From positions 1 to 13,218 of the forward strand of contig CBDDTI010000586.1 in NCBI GenBank assembly GCA_965233585.1: a stretch of DNA of 13,218 nt, written 5' to 3'. A model generated the notes under the pieces. The model had not been told where the DNA came from and searched no databases. It worked only from the letters and a program-made list of their open reading frames with translations. Of the stretch, positions 8,650 to 13,218 are shown one piece after another; within the stretch, counting starts at the first letter, position 1; each line of letters starts with the position of its first letter. The DNA comes from a bacterium (lineage in GTDB: Bacteria; SAR324; NAC60-12). The translations under genes and the position numbers were made by a program.

Positions 8650-8720
8650 TAGGGCTTAAAACAAAACAGAAGAAAGCGTTTACCACATTGTTTGCTGAAG
8701 GCGACACCACAGACACCTGA
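8650..8720 (+). pseudogene. Continuation of KolX-like exon 2 after the foldback insertion
   Basis: Removing 5996-8640 and one TSD copy restores the frame ...WV*ATAT-IGLKTKQKKAFTTLFAEGDTTDT. Confidence 0.65.
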
Positions 8721-9448
8721 GACAGTGGGAAACCCCAAAAAATGGAATTTGAGAGGTGCAATAGCAGTCTGAAATCATACCTCTTCCTAGCTGCTAGTGC
8801 TGCTAAAAAGTTCACAATAATGATTAGAATTTTACAACTGGTCACCAGTGGGGGAATAACTATATTCAGGACTATGCCACTGTCATATATATATATTGTT
8901 TGTAACAAAAATCGTTTAGAGCAGTAGATATATCTAGCAAACCTTTGTGGCATTTCAGGTGTAAAAGTATGGGATCACCTAATAAAAGAGTTCCCAAGTC
9001 TCCACTGAAACAATGGGTAATATATCAGGGGGTGGATGTATGCACGGGAATTGTTGTAGGCAGAAAATCCAAAATAATAAGAAAATAAAATTTGGTCAAA
9101 AATTGTTAGATGTTAAAGAATACTAGATATAGAAACCTGTGTTTGCGAAAAAAATGCAGTAAATTATTTACGGTTGATTTGAAAACTTTGGAAACCATTG
9201 AAAGGCTCTTCGGTAAACCAGCATCTTCCGAGCGCGCCACATGACTGGAATAAACAGAAGGGATAAAAAACTAAAATACAACAACGCGGCGATATGAACA
9301 ATACTAAACTTAATGAGTTACGTGAAAATATATTTACAATCCGCAGAGATGTCAGGGAATAAACATATAGAATACTTCTACGAAAAAGAAAACTTCATGA
9401 GTGACACAATACTGCACTGAAGCTTAGATAAAATTGACCAAGGCTTAC

Positions 9449-9726
9449 CTGGCGGTGTTGTCGTTTGGAAGATTGTTTCCCTGGCTCGATCTTCCGTATT
9501 GTAGGGATTGAGCCAGGAATAAGCCGACGACGATATTCTCCCATGTGAAACGCTCCACACCCGCCAAAAACTTTGTTCCGCTCGGATTTAAATTCGCACG
9601 GTGAGAGTGCACGAATCTCAACCACGTATTTCGCTTACTTTTTATTGTAGGACTAAAATGAGCAGAAATACCTGCATTCATATCTGATCTATTGCTGCAT
9701 CTGTGTATTAGACAACAACCGGGCCT
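9449..9726 (-). pseudogene. THAP zinc-finger first exon of the Kolobok transposase (decayed)
   Basis: (AGG for ATG)PGCCLIHRCSNRSD...SAHFSP...WLRFVHSHRANLNP, frameshift/deletion removing CSxHF, then RRLIPGSIPTI (AVPTIF-like box); ends at a CAG|GTAAG donor. Confidence 0.78.
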
Positions 9727-11184
9727 GATTCGATTCGAATAGAGCGCTAGATTCACGTTGTGAAACAGTTAACTGCGAACTTCATAGAGATGTTATAACA
9801 AAATTCGCCATGTGCGCCTCGTTGGTTAGGGTAAATGACGTCACAAAGCAGCAAGGCCTCATGGGGTTACAGGAACATGACTTAATAATGGTGGACGAAG
9901 AATTTTCGGAAAAAACCGTAAGAAAACCCATCTTCGCGCGCTTGTTGGAGAAAACGGCTTCGACAGGTGAGTAAGTACCACTTAAAGATTCAGAGAATGC
10001 AAAAACAATGAATTCGAGAAATTTCGTCGCACTGGCACCTTAAATTCAAGTGCTCCTGTCAACACTTACCCGGCCATATTCTGATTGGCGCGCTTTAAGC
10101 ATACCCATGCAAATTATCCTGGACTCTCTTGTTCATCCCCCATATAGAAAAGGAAAGGAAGAGTTCAAGGGCTGGCCTGAGGCGGGGGTTAAATTAATTA
10201 CCAGATTGAATATTTGAAAACAAAATGTAGTTTATCTTAAACTGGATACTTGAAGTACTTCAACTGAATAGGAACTGAAAAAAAAAAAAAGAAATCAGGG
10301 AAGTAATTGAAGACAGGCCATTATTTTCCAACCGCATGTAACAAATGACTATGCATGTTATAAACAGGGAGGAGAAGTAGAAAAAAGTATACAATCATTG
10401 CCAGAGAGGTTAAAAGGATTGGCAGAAGTAACATGAGCAGTCTTCACACGTCTTGGGATGTTTATTCAATTCTTCTTAAATCGGATATCGATGGCATGAG
10501 AGTTGTCATAGCCCGCATTCCTTTTTTTTTTACTTTCACATGCACCAAAAAGACACTGACAGGAGAAGAAATTTACTTTAATTCGGATTATGACTCCTTT
10601 CCTCTACCATTTCAGTCATTTGAACGCCAATAAGCGATGAATCCAAATACAGCCCTCACGGATTGGCCATTCTTTACCCTGCGAGCAGAGTGTCCTTCAA
10701 AAACAGTTCATGTTTTGAATAACAAGGAAAGTAATTCACAATGTGTCACGTTGGGCCTTGCAAAAATGACAAAGTGTTGTAAAGAATAAAGTGTTCGTAG
10801 AAAAGACGTGTCAAATTATTAATTGAGGGTTGAGCTGCGATCCTTATTAACTTGTACTTTTTCAGCACTACAGCAAAGCGAGAGAGACCAGCAAGGTGTA
10901 TGAGGACTATTTCGTTTTTCCACGTAGCGTGGCGCTGAAAATAGACAAAATTAGAGAAATATAATAGAGTAAGTTCAGCGTGCCTACCAAGTAAGCATTT
11001 GGGGAGTTTGAAATGTTTACCTACCGCGATAACGATGTCACAGCTTGGATAGTTATTCGTAACTGCATTTCAACTAACTGTCGGCTGCAGAACTTTAAGT
11101 GAATTCAGGATTACTTTGTTTCGTAGAAATCCGAAATAAAGGGATGTTCAATGATAAAACGTGAAAAACATATATATTCGCTGA

Positions 11185-11675
11185 GGGTCTCTTCACTCGG
11201 TTAACCGGGATGGCTTGGTTTCCGAGATCTCGCCCCCACTCTTTCCTTCGTAAAAGGTTCGATGTGTTCATAGGAAAAGTCGTGCTGGCCCAGTTTCCGA
11301 GATCTCGGTTTTTGCAACTGAAATCTCAGTAATCGGGATGACAATTCTCCCATATGAACACTCGAGCCGGGGTAACCTGGACTTAACTTTTTAGACCAAA
11401 TAACTTTGCATTCTCCAACATAGCGGCCAAAATGGCGTAATTTTTTAATGTATGTATTTCTACTTTAGGAGTATGCAAATTAGCTCTATTGGTAAAGTTA
11501 CAAGAATTCACAAAGCTACGACAGCCGAGAACGATACATGTTTATGTCCATCAGTTTTCGGTTTTTTTTCTTGAATTTCATGATCCTGGTCGACCGAGCT
11601 GAAATTTCCCATAGGAAAAGGCAACAAAATTTGTCCCGGTAATCGGGCTGGATCGGCTCATATATGAAAAGGCCC
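11185..11675. mobile_element. PIF/Harbinger-like MITE
   Basis: Termini GGGTCTCTTCA...TGAAAAGGCCC; flanks TGA/TGG (3-bp TSD with one mismatch); internal repeat TTTCCGAGATCTCG at 11219-11232 and 11294-11307. Confidence 0.6.
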
Positions 11676-11746
11676 TGGAAGATTGAAACTCTCAGTTTCT
11701 ATTAATCACAGTCAAAATTACAAGAATCCATGTAACGGTGCCAGAT

Positions 11747-12652
11747 CTAAGCTGAATTACAGCAGATTAATTGTTTCATTGTATCCTTAGCTGCTTGTCG
11801 CACTGTTCTAATCCTCCAGCAGTACAGAATTGGGTTTAGAGACGAATTTAGGTACATAAGAGATAATGTAACGTAGTAAGCCAGTGCAAATTCGCTTTCG
11901 ACAAAACACATTTGGCCATATGTCATGAGCATCACCCGCAAAACGATAAACGGAACATAACAGATAACTAATGCCCACTGCACCCATAATGCGCTGGAAA
12001 CTGACTTCTTGTATCTTGCAATATTCAGAGGCACTTGTCTTTCGTCATTTTGTCCCTGTGGAACTGCGTGCACTTGAAGTTGATGCTGACGAAGCCTAAA
12101 ATAAATCTTGGTGTAGGCGAGGACGGAGGCTGCTACTGAAAATGTTATTACCGCAAGGGTTACACTTAAGGCAACGGTAATATTCCAAAAGAACATTGAA
12201 CCACATGACAAACCAATCAACCAAAAGCAAGTGATAACTGCACGTGCTCGTGGCAAAGTTACAACATGTCTGTATCTCAGTCCAGATAACAGGGCTTGAA
12301 GCCTGTCCACGCTTATAGCGTTGGATGTTAGAGCAGAAACGCTACATAATGTATAACTTGAAGCTTGAGATACCTTTTTTATGAGGTGAATAACACTCCC
12401 GTCCATCCCTGTTATTACAGACGACAACAGTGAAACGGCGAAAAGTGGTTGCAAAATGATTCCAACAAAGAGATCGGTAATCGCCAGGCATCGAAACAAA
12501 AGCTTTGTCGGTGGATGAAGGGAAGTCTCTTTACGAAGAGCAACAAGGATCAGGGCATTGCTTAGTGATGCAGTGATGGACAGCGAAACGTTCAAGGCTG
12601 AAAGAAATTCGATTACGCTCGAAGGCTGTATTAATGTGCTTGATTGATTCAT
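11747..12652 (-). CDS. Class A (rhodopsin-like) GPCR, single coding exon, 301 aa; melanocortin/adenosine-receptor-like type expanded in cnidarians
   Basis: Seven hydrophobic segments; SNALIL (TM1), LAITD (TM2), ISVDRL (DRY variant), W in TM4, CYVP (TM6), NSSLNPILY (NPxxY), C-terminal CC. Likely start MNQSS (N-glycosylation site) at 12652, preceded by a splice acceptor TTTTTTTCATAG ending at 12669. Confidence 0.93.
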   Translation of the reverse strand: MNQSSTLIQPSSVIEFLSALNVSLSITASLSNALILVALRKETSLHPPTKLLFRCLAITDLFVGIILQPLFAVSLLSSVITGMDGSVIHLIKKVSQASSYTLCSVSALTSNAISVDRLQALLSGLRYRHVVTLPRARAVITCFWLIGLSCGSMFFWNITVALSVTLAVITFSVAASVLAYTKIYFRLRQHQLQVHAVPQGQNDERQVPLNIARYKKSVSSALWVQWALVICYVPFIVLRVMLMTYGQMCFVESEFALAYYVTLSLMYLNSSLNPILYCWRIRTVRQAAKDTMKQLICCNSA

Positions 12653-13218
12653 CTTGCAAGTGTATTGTCTATGAAAAAAATATATATATATTTTAGCCGG
12701 AGCGTAAACGCTGTCTAGAGTAGGGTCGATGAAATATTTTGCTTGAAGAATACATTGCAGCTGCAAGCAGTTAGCATTGTCAGAAACAAAACCTGTCTAA
12801 GTACAATACATAGTGACATAAGCCTGGCTTGGTACCCACTGTGGCTATAAAAATCAGTCAACTGATTAATTCATCACGTATTGCCCCTCCTTTTCATTTC
12901 ACTTTAATTTTTCCAGTGCTACAAACACATCAAAATGCAGTCTATGTAAATACAGTGAAGCTTCTTGGAAATATTGTTTTCGGGTCTTTTTTCTTACCGA
13001 TTTTCAAATTTTTTGAGTTCAAAATTTTACCGGAAGGAGTACAACAAAAGAGTAAAAAATGTATTTTTTCTAACATGACGTAGTTACCCAGAAAAATAAA
13101 GAAACAAAAACAAAGCAAAAACAAAATAATAAACAAACAAATTAATTAACTTGTGGTATATTTATAATTTTAAATCTGCAATTAAAGCGAAAAAATTACC
13201 CGATCTCGGCGCTATAAA

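Larger units (their letters stand above)
5073..10039. mobile_element. Kolobok DNA transposon, internally deleted and interrupted by nested insertions
   Basis: TTAA TSD at 5069-5072 and 10040-10043. 21-bp TIR AGTGCCACTGCGACGAAATTT versus GGTGCCAGTGCGACGAAATTT (19/21; RR..YY ends). Subterminal inverted repeat 5217-5235/9887-9905 (18/19). Convergent KolX-like and THAP remnants. Confidence 0.88.

Noticed and set aside
8723..9007. Possible hAT-like insert CAGTGG...CCACTG
   Set aside because: Only about 6 bp of inverted match and no 8-bp TSD.
12653..12766. 38-aa N-terminal extension of the GPCR ORF
   Set aside because: Non-ATG start and it spans a polypyrimidine/AG acceptor; likely intron and 5' UTR.

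Overview
Eukaryotic, transposon-dense genomic DNA. The repeat types and the single-coding-exon GPCR suggest an anthozoan cnidarian, probably a stony coral (inference from recalled patterns, not verified). The only intact host gene is a class A GPCR (minus strand, 11747-12652). The rest is mostly mobile DNA: (i) 1-567, two inverted, circularly permuted copies of a ~300-bp unit carrying a tRNA-like gene with its own Pol III terminator; (ii) a Kolobok-type MITE (2391-2901); (iii) an internally deleted Crypton-like element retaining a spliced ORF (~3027-3890); (iv) a palindromic MITE (4661-4828); (v) a TTAA-flanked Kolobok element (5073-10039) with convergent decayed KolX/P2X7-C-terminal-like and THAP exons, split by a foldback element with ~400-bp TIRs and a 9-bp TSD (5996-8640), which itself hosts two more TIR elements (6395-6821, 7295-8587); (vi) a Harbinger-like MITE just downstream of the GPCR. 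All alignments were done by eye and superfamily names need database confirmation.
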